Shown here: piece after piece, positions 15,201 to 30,920 of the stretch | Layout: every line of letters begins with the position of its first letter | Position numbering within the stretch: position 1 is the first letter of the stretch | NCBI RefSeq assembly: GCF_009914755.1 | Contig: NC_060944.1 | DNA from: the human T2T-CHM13v2.0 reference genome, Homo sapiens | Length of the DNA stretch: 64,000 bases | Reading direction: 5' to 3' (one strand) | The notes under the pieces: generated by a model | The model's database searches: none | Seen by the model: only the letters and a program-made list of their open reading frames with translations | What the model was told of the DNA's origin: nothing | Position numbers and translations under genes: made by a program

Positions 15201-16201
15201 GGGCCACACACAGAAGAATCAAAGGGAGCCTAGAAGCTCAGCCCACTGTCTCTTCAAGGAGGCCCAGAAAGGAATAGGGATTTGCCAAGGGCCCTATACA
15301 CCAGACCCGGAGTCTGCAATCCCAGTCAGCCCAAGCTTCCCAAGACCACTGGTCCCTGGAGCAGGTTGGGCAGGGCCCAGCCTCAGAGAAGGATGAGGGG
15401 ACAGGGGCTCACACTACAGACACCGCAGCTCTCAGGCACCTGGAGGCCTCAGAGGATTGGCACCAACCACCTGGCACAGATGGGGAGACTGAGGCACAGA
15501 GCACTTGGCTATGGTCTTGGGGCAAGACAGGTTGAGCTAAGCCTGGGATCTAGACCTCCAGACCCTGTCCTGGGCAGCTTCTCACTGACCTGAAGGTAAC
15601 ACAACAGCAGCTAAGGAGAGATCAGAGGCGCCTGGAGGAGTTCAGGAAGGTGTCCTGTCACCAGCAGCTCTGATGGCCTCAGGACAAGTACCTGCCATTC
15701 TATCACCACAGAAGCCCATCTGGAAGGTTGAACAATCCTCATCTTAAACAGATGGGGAAACTGAGACTCAAAGGGTTCAATGGTTGGCCTAAGGCTACAC
15801 CTGGAGCACTGGACTAATGGCCATGGACCCAGAAAGGTGGTCTGCCTGGGGCCCAGATCACTGATGAGCACGAGATTGGTCACAGCGTCAGCAAAGCAGA
15901 CAGAGCTCAGGCAGCCCCCGAGGCCCTGCCCCCAGCTGCCCAGCTGGCAGCTCCAGGCTGGCCCACTGGGGGGCAGTGATCACAGCAAAGGCTGACCTCA
16001 TACCCTGCAGCCCTTTCTCACCCAGGCCCGAGATGCCATCTGGGCAGGAGGAGCCCAAAGCAGGGGCTGAGCTCAGAGGCTGATCCCTGAACCAGGTCAG
16101 CTGAGGGGCAGGTGCAGTCACAATCCACAACAATCAAAACGAAGCAACTCCATGTCACACAATAATCATCTGGACAAGAAGCAGGAAGAAAAAGATTAGG
16201 T

Positions 16202-16286
16202 TATTAGGTTGGACCATATGAAATTGCCAGTTTTGCAGATAAAAAAATGGTTGAATACTGGCAATTTCATATGATCCAACCTAATA
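16202..16286. mobile_element. MADE2-like Tc1/mariner MITE (palindromic)
   Basis: 30-nt arms 16202-16231 and 16257-16286 (including TA TSDs) are inverted repeats matching at 29/30. Confidence 0.85.
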
Positions 16287-16438
16287 TAAAACGGAAAAAC
16301 GTACACATGGAAAAGTAAGCATGTTATTTAGAAGTACCAACAGAAATAACAGTAAGACTTTAGGTAGCTATTCTTTTCCCCTATAAGCCTTAACTTTGCA
16401 AACTACATACATGTATTCCATCGATAAAAATAAAACTT

Positions 16439-16730
16439 CGGCGAGGTGCGGTGGCTCATGCCTGTAATCCCAGCACTTTGGGAGGCCGAAGCAGGCGGAT
16501 CACCTGAGGTTGGGAGTTCGAGACCAGCCTGACCAACATGGAGAAACCCCGTCTCTACTAAAAATACAAAATTAGCCGGGCATGGTGGCGCATGCCTGTA
16601 ATCCCAGCTACTTGGGAGGCTGAAGGCAGGAGAATGGTTTGAACCTGGGAGGCGGAGATGCGCCATTGCACTCCAGCCTAGGCAACAAGAGCGAAACTGC
16701 GTCTCAAAAAGTAATAATAAAAAATAAAGC
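16439..16730 (+). mobile_element. AluSp/Sq-like element
   Basis: Alu consensus with A-rich tail; followed by old L1MC-like sequence to about 17530. Confidence 0.85.
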
Positions 16731-18420
16731 TTCAATTAAAACAAATCAGCCAATAAATCAATGAATCAATACATCAATGGGGGGGGGGAGATAAATCTTC
16801 CTTCCAGAAGAATTCCAAACAATGTAGGTAGTTATATCCCCCTCCCATAGAAGGAGCTTAATTCTTGTCCACTCTGCATCTCCTAAGCCTAGGGTGGTCT
16901 AGACTTGGTTACTCACTTCCTCCTGAGGAGCAGGGAAAGGGAAAAGAGTAACTTTACAGTGGAGAGACCTGGCCAACACTATCTTAACCACGTGGTGGAG
17001 GTTAACATCAGCTTGAAATCACGTGGCTAGCATGTAACCCCAATAGATGTGATGAGAAGGGCACTTTGCCTGGGGTATTCTTTCTAAAAACCCACAACCC
17101 CAGGATAGTCCTAAGAAAAGCATCAGACAAACCTAAACTGGGGGACAAACCTAAATTGGGTGACATTCTACAAGATACCTGGCCAGCGCTCCTCAACTGT
17201 CAAGGTCATGAGAAGTCAGAAAAGACTAAGAAGAAAAGCAGAAGACACTGGGGAGATGTGACCTTACATGTAATGTGGACCTCTCGATGGGGTCCTGGTA
17301 GAGAAAGAGGCTGTGACTGGAACAACAGGAAATCCAAATCCATTCTAGTGTTTCAGACTAATAGTAACGTATCAGGGTGAGTGTCTTAGTTTTGACAAAC
17401 ACATCACGGTAAAATATAAGATGTTAACAACTTAGGCAACTAGGTGGGGGCTTACAGGAACTCTGTTCTATCTCTGCAACTTTTCTATAAATCTAAAGTG
17501 ATTCTAAAATAAAAAGTTTATTTAAAAAATAAATGAACTAGCTGGGAATGGTGGCTTGTGCCTGTAATTCCAGCTACTCGGGAAGCCGAGGCAAGGGGAT
17601 CCCTTAAGCCCAGGAGGTCGACCTGGGCAACAGAGCAAAACTCCAGCTCTTGAAACAGGAAAAAAATTAACAGCAATGACCTATTGTTGTATGTAACAAA
17701 CTCAAAATATTTTGCTGAGTGAAAGAGAGCTTTGGCAAATGTACACAAAAGATTTGCACTTTTCCCTGTATAATAAATTTTACATAAGAAAATGATACAC
17801 ATGCTGAAATATTTAGCAGGAAATGTACTGATGTCTGCATTTCAATTTGAAATACACTAAAAAAGTAAGATGGACTGAGGGATGATGGAAGAAGTACCTG
17901 AAGATGTGAATGGTGGACTCCCGCTGGTGGGTATGTATATGGGTGTCCAATGCTAAAGCTGTCAACTCTGCTGTGTGTGTGGAAATCTGGAGGATAAAGG
18001 GGGTGGCGGGAAGAGCCCTGTGAGCGGCTTGGGCACACAGCCCTGGGTGTCATCAGTCCTGAGTGAGCACCCTGCCCCCAGGGAGAGGACACCAGGCTGG
18101 CCGAGAGGCCTGGCCCTTTCAGAGGGAAGCCTGTAGCCAGGACAACCTCTTCTGACCTTGGGGCTTTCCATTTGGGCCGTGAGGAGAGCAGGGATTTCCC
18201 AGAGGCCCTAGGGTGCAGCCAACACAGCAGCTGCAGACCCAGAGCCCCTTTGCCCAGTCTGGACAGGGGCGAGTTGGGCAAGGGGCTGTGGAATTTGCAT
18301 GGGCGAGTCAGCGGCTGTGTGATATTAAGTCTCTTCCTGTCCCCTGGGCTGCATTTTCCTCATCTGGAAAATGACAGTAATAGGCTCTAGCTTGTTACCA
18401 ACAATGCTGGGCTCCTCTAG

Positions 18421-18712
18421 TTTTTTTTTTGAGACGAAGTCTCGCTCTGTCACCCAGGCTGGAGTGCAATGGTGTGATCTCAGCTCACTGCAACCTCCGC
18501 CGTTCAAGTGATTCTCCCGCCTCAGCCTCCCGAGAAAGCTGGGACTACAAGCGTGCGCCACCACCCCTGGCTAGTTTTTTCTTTTTTTGTATTTTTAGTA
18601 GAGACGGGGTTTCACCATGATAGCCAGGATGGTCTCGATCTCCAGACCTCATGATCCGCCCACCTCAGCCTCCCAGTGCTGGTATTACAGGCATGAGCCA
18701 CCGCGCCCGGCC
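18421..18712 (-). mobile_element. AluS with TSD GGGCTCCTCTAGT
   Basis: Alu consensus; flanking direct repeat at about 18409 and 18713. Confidence 0.88.
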
Positions 18713-18861
18713 GGGCTCCTCTAGTCTTTGTGCCAGTTAGGACCCCAGAACATGTCACTCTGTGTCCTCAGGTCTCTGGATCCCACCCAATGTGGCTGAA
18801 ATACTGCCTTGCCAATCCCCTTCTCAGACTTGCCCTCTTCTCTTCCTGCAGCCACCTCTCT

Positions 18862-18864
<3 letters not shown>

Positions 18865-18898
<34 letters not shown>

Positions 18899-19275
18899 CA
18901 CACACGCACACTCACACTGCTCACACATGCACACACAGGTGCACACACATACATGCACGCTTGCACTGCTCACACAGGCTCGCACTGCACTCACACACAG
19001 GTGCACACACACACAGGTGCACACATACACGCATGCTTGCAATGCTTAGACACACATGCTTGCACACACACATGCTCGCACTGCTCAGACACGCTCACAT
19101 TGCACTCACAGGTACACATACACGCACACAGGTGCACACATACATGCAAGCTTGCAATGCTTAGACACACATGCTCACACACACAGATGCACACACATAC
19201 ACGCACGCTCTCACTGCTCACATGCTCGCACTGCACTCACACACACACAGATACACACACATACACGCACGCTTG
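18865..19275. repeat. Complex (CA)-rich microsatellite/minisatellite with CAGGTGCACAC units
   Basis: Initial (CA)n run followed by degenerate repeats including an internal ~50-bp duplication. Confidence 0.92.
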
Positions 19276-20963
19276 CCTGCTCAGAAGTTCCCTGGCTCCC
19301 CCTGCCCTGCCCAGCAGCGCTGCAGCTCCCACCTATCCCTCAGAGGCTCATCTCCTGCCAGGAGTCTTCTCTAACCCTGCATTGTTACATGGACCCTGAA
19401 GTGAAGTCACTGCCCACTGGCCTCCCAACCAAATGGGGCTGCATTTGCTCCAGTTCTATGGCCCCAGGCCCGGCACAGGGCCAGCTCTCTCTGAGTTGTT
19501 TGCTGGTCTGTACCCTCTCAGCGCTGCCCCCAGGGACGGCTCGGTCCACATTCCTCTCTATGGCAGCCATGAGGGCTCCAGGGCCGCCTCCCTCTGGGAC
19601 CATGATGAAGAGCTCATGGGGCAGCTAGCTGATAAAGGGGTGACCAGGGACAGACAGGATGAATCAGAAGTAGAACGAAACCCTCAGAACATGCTCTAGT
19701 GCAGGGCAGGATGGAGAGACAGGGAAATGAATATCTTCTGAGTGTCTGCCCTGGTCCAGGCCCTTTAACAAAAAAACAATATTGTCCCTTTCCAACCCCC
19801 CAGGGTAGGGCTGACAATGCCTACTTAGAGAAGGGAAGCTCAGGGGTTATGGGCCCTGCAAAAGGTCACATGGTAGGAAGTGAAGAGTTAGGGGCCAGTC
19901 CTGCCTGTCAGAGGCCCAATCCTGAGTTCTTCCACAACCCCCTAGGGTCTGCACCCACATGAACTGAGTCCTGCTACATGCCAGGCCTGTGCTGACACCT
20001 CAGGTACCTTTACACCCTGCGGAGTCTGCTCTCCCCAGTTCACAGCTCTGTCACTCAGTGGAGAGAGAGAGAGATTGACTTTTTTTGTAAAAAGCCAGTA
20101 GAGGTTGTTAATACAGTGTGTCTTGAAACTACTGGGCTCAGGACAGCAGCCTTGTCCACCACCAGGGCTGCAGATTCCTAGAGAAGCAGGTGCTATCACC
20201 CAGGCATGTCCTGGTTCCCCAGGCCTCCTGCTGCTGTTGGGGACACAGACACTGACATTTGACAGTCAGCCCACGCTGGGGGGAATGCATGTGGCCGTCA
20301 CAGTTGGCAAAGTGCAGCAGCCTCTGCCCACCTGCCTGGGATCCAGGAAGCTGGGAGGCAGAGGAGGCTGGCGGCCGACTGTGGAGCTGGACAGCACTTT
20401 GGCGTAACCTGGCAACCCACAGGCCGGAGCGGACATTATGTAGGAGGAAATGGTGGAGGAGAAAACTCCACCCTCCAGCTCTGAAGATGCAAAGTAACAA
20501 GTGAAATCTCTGGACCTCAGTGTCAGGGTCTGAGAGGTCACAAGGTGAGACTGAGGATGAGGCTACAAGTAACTGTCCCTTACATGGCACTTTTCACTTA
20601 CATGGCACTTTTCCCACATTCAGTCCTCAAAACCACCTTCCCAGTTTGAGGAAACTGAGGCCACCACCACCTCCCCCAGATTTCAACCTCCCCTAGCCTC
20701 GTCCCTGGTGCCCTGGATGCCAGGCTCACACCTCTTACCTCTGCTCTTCCCAGCAGAGTGAGGTTTTCAGAGCATGGATCTGATCACATTTATCCTCAGC
20801 TCTTAAAGCCAAAGGTGCAGTCTGGACCTCTGCATAAGAGGCCCTTGAAGGCCTGTGGTCTGACCACTGCTGTCTGAATTGCCCTCATTCCCTCTCAAGT
20901 GGTACAGCCAGTCCCACTGAGCTCCCAGCAGCACGGTGTTCCTCCTTTGCTCCCTCCTTCCTC

Positions 20964-20990
<27 letters not shown>
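20964..20990. repeat. (CT)n microsatellite, about 13 units
   Basis: Direct reading. Confidence 0.9.
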
Positions 20991-20994
<4 letters not shown>

Positions 20995-22088
20995 CTTCAC
21001 CCCCACCCAGGTCTTGCTACCTAAAATCATAGAACCCAGTTAGATCCTACCCATCCCTCAGGACCCCACTTAGAGGCCACCTTCCCCAGGAAGCCTCCTT
21101 AACAGCCCAGCTCTGGGCTCCCAGCTCGTCAGGCTGCCCTGTCCTGCCCATGTCTTTTCCTTTCTCTCCACAGACCGAGGGCTCCTTGGAAGTACACCTC
21201 TGTCTCATTCACCCCTCGCAGAGTGCCTGGTGAATAGTAGGAACCTAATTAACATTTGCAAATAAATAAATTAGCTTCCCAGGAGTTACGGGATGTGCCT
21301 GAGGCCAGCGAGCCAGGACAGACAGGGCTGGAGTCGCTATAGAGTTTGGGCTTCCAGAGCCCTGGCCTTCTGTGGCCTTTGTCCTGCTGTATGTAGCCTG
21401 GGCTCTTCCTGTCACTCTGGTTGTTGGGGAGGAGAATAGGCTGGGAAGGGCCTGTGAGGGACAAGCTTGGGATGCTCAGTGCTGGAAGGACAAAGGAATG
21501 AACTAAGACCTTGACAGAATTACACTAGTTGGGAAAAGCAAAGTAAACACGCACATCCAGCAGGATGAGGACAAGGGCTCCAGGTTGGCCACAGGCACCG
21601 CATATCGGGAGCAACGAGCCTTCCCACACACAGACCTGGGATCTTGCACAGCCCAGGCCACACACAACCGGCAGGAAGAAACCTGAAATGGGTCTCGAGC
21701 CAACCCCAAATGGGGGCTACACACCACTCAGCCACTAATGACCCACCCAACACGTCTCCAAGCATTTCCTCATAGGTCCCATTTCCCAGAATGACACACC
21801 AGGCCAACTGAGAGGCAACTCCGGGAGACAGGATTGTGGTTTCACCTGTGTTGCAGTGAACAGTGAGTCCCAGGCAGGGCACAGGCAGCATGCAGGAGGT
21901 TGGTGTCAGACCTCGGGCTTCAGGCCTCACTCAAAACAGAAAGGAGAATGGCCAATGCAAGGCCAGCCCAGTATCTGAGGGTCTGCAGTACAGGGAGGGG
22001 TCAGGGCTGGCCCCTCATGGCAAATAGGCAGTGGCTTGAGGAGTAGGGTTCCAGATGATCCAGATCCTGCTTGGAAGGGTGGGTGGTT

Positions 22089-22691
<603 letters not shown>

Positions 22692-23557
22692 TACTAAAAT
22701 AAAATTTAAAAAAGGAAGGGCAGGCAGACGAGAAGTCTGCTTTAGATGTAGACACAGGGCAGGAGTGGGGCTCTCAGGCCAGCTACTGGGATACAAGGGT
22801 AAGGGGGCTCTGGCTCTGACCCCCTAGTAATCCAGTAGACTAGCCAGAGGCCCAAATCAGACCAAAACAGGGATTGGCACGGGGAGGTCAGGGTGTACAG
22901 AAATGTGTTAGAGCATTGGTCATAAAATGTGGTTTCTGATGCCAGCTCATTCAATTTGTCATCAATAAGTAGTCACTGAATATTCTTCTTGGTGCTGGGG
23001 ATACAGCCATGAAGAAGACAGACCCAGGGCTCGCCCTAATGGAACCCACAGTCTACTAAGAGGATGTGACAAACAAGACTGTGGATAAATACACCCCTTC
23101 ACAGCTTAGTGAGTTTGGGTAAGTCTCTAACCCTTCCAAGCCTCAGTTTCCTCATTTGTATCATGAGTTAATAATAGTACTTCCTTCAAAGGGCTGTTAT
23201 GAGGAGTAAATTCCTTATAACTAAAGAAAAAAAGGAAAACAATGTAAAGGGCTGTCAGTAGAGTAGTTACATAAAGTGTGGTGAGTTCACATATGCAGGA
23301 CTCAAATAAAAAGGAGGTTCCTCTCTCACATATGAGCAAGGAAAGTTCACCCAGACATTTTACTAAAAGGGAAAAAAGTCCTACTTTCATCATTATGTCA
23401 ATAATAAAACACACATACCCACATACAAATAAGCCTCTCTCTCCATGAGCCTATGAGTTTATGTAAATGCACACAGAATGGTTCGGAAGGCCATCTGAGC
23501 ACGTGATCAGAAGATTATAGGGATCACGTGGGGCCAGCCCCTAGTAAGCTCTCCTGA

Positions 23558-23863
<306 letters not shown>

Positions 23864-25339
23864 GCATAAGCCACTATTAATTTTAATTTTAGGAGAAGAT
23901 TTTCTTATGTTCTCTGTTTTTAAACAGAATGAAGGTGAGTGTGACACTTTGCCCTACTCTTTTAAAAAAGCTAAATTTAAACAAGTTCCTTTTTGTTTAT
24001 ATGTAATCCTTGATTAATATTTTCCACCTGCTGGTCACTGACTCACAAAATAAAAGGGTTAAAAAAAAACTGCTTCCTTTGGTTCATGGACTGTCTCTCC
24101 AGGAATCTGCTCTGGGTATTTGAAGAGCATGTTGCTCTTGCTGTTTCCCATGTCAACACACATGAGTAATGGCAACAGGACCCACAAGTTATGTCCAATC
24201 CTCTCAACACCCTGGAAGCTGTGGGTCATCATCCCGGTTTTTGAGATAAGGAAACTGCAACCTAGAGAAGTTAAATCACTTGAGGAAGTGGGGGAGGCCC
24301 TCAAGAAATCCACTGGTCTCAATCCCTCCTTCGTTCTCTCACACTCAGGCGCACCCCCCACCATGGATGGTTTACTGTTGTCATTTCCTGTTACTGACTC
24401 TGAGGAACAACCATAATTAGCAAATGAACCATGCCACAGGCAGAAAAATAATAGCTCCCAGGGTAAAGGATGGGGCCTTAGTCACTGGTTTACCTGCCGG
24501 TATAACTAATAATCCACACATAATTTGTTCTGTAATAGGGTATGGCACTGAACAACTCAAACAGAGCAGGATTTAAAAAAAAATCTATAAGCCAAGATGT
24601 TCTCTATATTCAGCTCTTGATTTCAGCAATGATATCAAGGTTCTAGATACTTCCTTGAAATCTGTACTCATCTGGTTCCTAAGAGAGCTCTGCTTTGTCT
24701 TGCCCAAGGAGGAGAAAATGAGGCAGGTGAATACCAGGCACCTTCCTAGCTCACAGCAGGATATGGAACTGAGAACATGTCCCCAAATCCCGTACGTCTC
24801 GATGGAAGACACAGAAGCAGGGGCTGGGTTTGGGCTGCGCAGGACATGCAAGGCTGAGAAAAAGACAGTGGGACAAGGGGACCTCATGAAAGGTCTCTAT
24901 GAGGAGGTGACACTTCACTCTTAGTAAAACTTGAAATGTCTCATTTTGCACTCTGAGGCTCCCAACAGGTCCAAAGGCAAGGGTGGCATAACTTTCATGA
25001 AGAGGGGCTCTCTTACCTCAGTCAGCGCTCTGGGACAAGGACATGCCTCGAGTGACTGCCTCAGTGAGCAAGTGGCCCCATCTGATGCACCCTGTTAGTG
25101 ACCTGGCAGCAGCAGCAACAAAGTCGAAAGCCAGCAGCCCCAGGAAGTACTTGGACCCCCTGCTGGGAGGCCTGTAGGTTGGTGTGGCCTGCCTGAAGGG
25201 CAGCTTGGAAATACCTGCCAAAGGCGTAAAATGCATATGCCCCCTGACCCAGCAAATCCCACCACGTGGAATCTACTCTATAAAACTCCAGCATGTGTGT
25301 ACAAGAATATGTGGAGGGATATGCAAGGCTCTTCCATTT

Positions 25340-25922
<583 letters not shown>

Positions 25923-26132
25923 TTAAAAAATTATCTCAAGACAAAATCATTAAGTGAAAAACAGCAAGCCAAAGAATGCTACTTAAAGGAGAATGCCATT
26001 TACCTACATAAACAAACAAACAAAAAACCCTCTTTATGTACCTGTGTCTATAGCTGTCTATAAATGCACAGAAGAAAGTCTGCAAAGACACATACCAAAC
26101 TGATCCCAAAGGCCACGTCTGCAGAGGAGTAG

Positions 26133-26381
<249 letters not shown>

Positions 26382-28270
26382 TGATGATTTAAAATACATT
26401 TTAAAAAGAGATTAAGAAAAAAAAAGGTAAGAGATCATGCCAAGAGTCCAGCTGGTTTCTCTCAGCTATGAACACACTTGATCCACCTGCCTTTGGTTTC
26501 CATCCCTAACCCCAATCCCTCTTTCCAATAATTCAGTTTCTCCTGCCTTCAATGGCACCTGACCACTTGCAGACAACCCCCTGTGCTGCTTTAGAGTCCC
26601 TTCTCTCAGAAAGGCAGCCACAGAGAAGAAAGCTGTTATCTGGCAAGTTCCATGGATGCTTCATAATCACTGCAACTGTATTTCCAGACCCAAACTTAAG
26701 ACTAAGACTCATGACAAGACAACAGGCTGTGGACTATTTCTGTGGAGCTTGCCAACCTCCCTAGAGGCCCAGGGCAGGCCCAATGCCCACCCATGCCAGC
26801 TACCACTGGAAGGTAAGGAAAAGGAAGGAGATCCCAGAAAGGCAGGAGAGCCAGGGCAACCTTCTGGATTCCTTCAGGATATGCAATTGAGCCCTGCAGA
26901 ATTCTGCCTGCGTGGGTCAGAAGTAAGAGAGGCTGCGCATCCACCAACCCTAACTACAGTGTGAGAGACAGAACAGGCCCTCCGGCTGGGCCCCACCCAG
27001 GCTACAAGGCCCTCTATCTCTCTTTCTTCTGCTCACAAACCAAGACAACTGGCTGGGCTGAACATTAATCCTCCAGAAATGTCCATGCAGGAAACACCAG
27101 TCCCATCACTCACTGAAAAAGCCCTAACTCCTTTCTTTTCCCGCAGCTAACCTTGGAGGCAAGAATTACCCTGGGGATTATTCACTGGCATCATTAGTCT
27201 TTCCAGCCAGCCTGCTTCCCATCCAGGCTATTACACATAGGAAATGCCTGGCTGTGCCAATGGCAATTGAAATGGTAAATGGTACAAGTGATTCTCAAAA
27301 GACTTCCACTACGAGGCCAGAGCCTGACCTGAGAGAAGGCAGCACGTGGAGGAGGGAACTTCCAAGAAGCGTGGGTGAGTCCACCTAGAGTTTGCTAGAC
27401 CCACTGCCACAGAACCTCTGGAAGAGCTTATTAAAAATATAAATTCCTGACCCTGTATTCCACATTGAATCAACATTTCTGGGAGTGGGATCAGAGAACC
27501 TGGCTTTTTAAAACAGAGCCATGTACTTGGGACGGCTGCAACATAATTGCAGAGTTTAAAGCCTGTTAACAGGGAATCTGCATTTTTAACAAGCTCCCTC
27601 TGAGGATTTTGATTGAGAATCCTGCTCTGTGGAACAGAGGGACAGGCTTCCCAGCTCAGGCGAAGGCTGAGCTCCTTGCTGGTACTCCTCAGCCTGTGAC
27701 CACAGCCTCCTCTCCACCGCTCCCAGCCACACAATTTATGCTCAACTCCCCAACAGCCAGACCGGCCCCCTTCTCCTCTGCCTGCCTTTGTTCCTGCTGT
27801 CCCGAGAGTCCGCAGAGCCTCTCCTCCCCTTGCCTTGCCCTCTCCCCCTCACTCTATCTACTCCCTATGGGTGCTGGAACCACAGGCACCATTACAGAAA
27901 GGGGTGCCTCAGAAATCAAGCCTTATGTGAATTTTGTTCTTGGCTCCTCCAATGACCTTCGAGAAGAGAGGACCTCTGCAAGCCTCTGTCCCTCATTTGT
28001 AAAGTAGGGCTAACATGCCCTGTCTCCTAGGCTTGCTGAGAATACAGCATGGCTATGGTTCAGTGTGGTGCCCAATACATATCTGCCAGGTTCAGCCTTA
28101 CACTGCTCTTACTTCCCCGTCCTCACTGACTGGGAGCTACTTGAGGGGAGTAACTGTGCCTCCTTCACGTCTGCACCCCCCGGTATGCAGAATCCAAGGC
28201 CATCGTTGAATGCTTGAGGCTGCAAAATGAATTCCTGTCCCCAAGCTGACCCCCATGCTGTCCCTCTTAC

Positions 28271-28413
28271 CTGCCCAACGTTGAAGGTCAGTGTGATGGC
28301 ATAAAAGAAATTAGAGTTGGCACTTCCTGCATAAATCCAGAGGTGCCACAGGACAGGGAAGAGCAGGGAACAGACGATGATGATGCAGGTGAGGACAAAG
28401 ATGTTTCTCAGGA
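28271..28413 (-). CDS. PIGU: PIGU exon 11, aa 351-398: [48 protein letters not shown]
   Basis: Acceptor TTTGCAG|TC, donor CAG|GTAAGA; 143 nt, frame-consistent; conserved [10 protein letters not shown] motif (N383 by cumulative count). Confidence 0.97.
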
Positions 28414-29252
28414 CTGCAAAGACAGAGGGTTACAGTTAGCCTGACACGCTCTCTCTGGCATGCTTTCCCTGCTGCAATGGCCCCCCTGAATGGAGAGGCC
28501 CAAGGTGAGCATCATGTAGCTCAAAGGCAGAGCACCCCCAGAGGTACTGGGGTGCCAAGAAGCAAACCCCAGACTCCTCAGTCAATGGCTCCCCATGCCC
28601 ACAGCTGGTGGTAGCTCCTGGATTTCGATTATTTCCTCCCACTGTGGGCTTGGCTGGCTGAAGACCAGCTATAGTTAGAAATGCCATGAGTGCCTCGGGG
28701 CACCAAACAGGGCATTTCAGGAAGATATTCCCCTCACCTCCTAATCTTGGAGGGTCCAAGAGTATCCCTCTCCCCAAGCAGGGTGCCATCTGGCCATGTG
28801 GGATTATGGGTGGGAACCCCAGCATGAACCGTGACGATTAGAGCCCCACTGTGGGTCTCCATGGTGCCACAGTCCTGGGTCTTAGGAACACGTTTTCCAT
28901 TCTCCTTAACTGGTGTCTTAGGACCCCTGCCTCGCTCTTCAAACATTCCCAACTCTCCCTTAGATGATAAAGGACCTCTTTTTGACACCGTCTCTCACTC
29001 CTTGCCTCTAAGGGAATGCCGAATCCCACCAGGAAGAAAGCTCTCCCTGAGGTCTCAGGAAGGACCTGCTACTCAAGGGTGATCCAGAGGCAGACAGGCT
29101 GGCTGGCTTCAGCCAAACAGGAGTGTAGCATGGCAGCCGGGTACAGACCTTGGTTAAAATCCTGCTCTGCATTTATTAGCAAGTTTCTCTAGACCTCAGC
29201 TTCCTCATCTGTAAACTGAGGCTACACACCTAGTATGTACTTATAAAAATTA

Positions 29253-29432
<180 letters not shown>

Positions 29433-29498
29433 CTAAAATGCACACTTCATTTGGTAAACAAGATGACATGTGAAAAAATGACACAGATATATCACTGG

Positions 29499-30204
29499 CT
29501 ACATTAGTTTTCCATTGCTACTATAGCAAATTCCCACAAACTTAGTGATTTAAATAATATTCTTTATTTTAAACAGTTCTGGAGGTCAGAAGTTCCAAAA
29601 TGGGTCTCACAGGCTAAAATCTCTAGAGGAGAACCCCTCGCTTGCCTTTTCCAGCACCCAGAGGCCCCCTGCATTCCTTGGTTCATGACCCCCTTCCAGC
29701 TGCAAATCCAGCAATGGTGGATTGAGGCCTTCTCACATTGCATCACTCAGACCTTCTCTTCTGCCTCCCTCTTCCATCTTTTTTTTAAAATAGACTATTT
29801 ATTTTGAGATGGAATCTCACTACATTGCCCAAGCTGGAGTGGAGTGGCTGGATCATATCTCACTGAAGCCTCGAATTCCTGGGCTCCAGGGATCCTCCTG
29901 TCTCAGCCTCCTGAGTAGCTGGAACTACAGGCATGCACAAAGAAGCCCAGTGGACTTTATTTTTTAGGGAAGTTTTAGTTTCACAGCAAAATTGGGCAGA
30001 AGATTTCCCATATTCCCCCCACCTCCACCTCTTCCACTTTGAGGGACACTTGTGATTACACTGGGGCCACCTGGATTGTCCAGGATAATCTCCCCTCCCA
30101 AGGTCTTAAAGTCCCTTTGCCATGTAAGGCGATGTCTTCACAGGTTCTGGGGATTACAACGTGGACATCTTTGTGAGGGGAGGGCTACTACCCTGCCTAC
30201 CACA
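29499..30204 (-). mobile_element. MLT1 (ERVL-MaLR) LTR interrupted by an Alu fragment (about 29778-29950)
   Basis: ACAGTTCTGGAGGTCAGAAGTTCCAAAATGGGTCTCAC and CAGGTTCTGGGGATTA...GTGGACATCTTTG...CCTACCACA. Confidence 0.75.
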
Positions 30205-30599
30205 CTGTACTTTTTCCCCCGTTTTAACTCTCTAGGGGTTATCACACAGGAGGATTGTCTGTTACTTTTCTTTATCTTTATCATATTTTTAAAAACTAAT
30301 AAATATCATTTAAAATAATTAAAAGAATACCTTTTTAAAAAGAACTTAGCACTGTGCCTGGTTCCCAGCAGACACTTAATGAATGGAAGTTCCCTTCTCT
30401 TCTCTGATACTGACCTTCAGGAAATCCCTTCTCCCAAGTGACAGTTTTGAGAGACTTAAAGGGTGGAGAAACTCCCAAACATTTAGGCCATTTATATTAG
30501 TTGTACAACTTAGTAGAGATGCTATACTGGGGGCTCATGCATTGCAAGGGGCCTAGATGATACAGATGATTCTCAACTCCCGCTACAAAACAAAATCAC

Positions 30600-30920
<321 letters not shown>

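Noticed and set aside
19519-19540. Possible CTCF site (GCGCTGCCCCCAGGGACGG)
   Set aside because: Only the GGGGGCAG half fits; several core positions mismatch, so it cannot be supported without ChIP data.
18721-19628. His/Thr- and Cys/Val-rich ORFs up to 196 aa
   Set aside because: Artefacts of the CA-rich repeat.
20579-20613. 17-bp direct repeat CTTACATGGCACTTTTC x2 (similar small duplications at about 17125-17162 and 60944-61000)
   Set aside because: Two-copy slippage duplications, some inside old repeats; no spacer architecture or functional cue.
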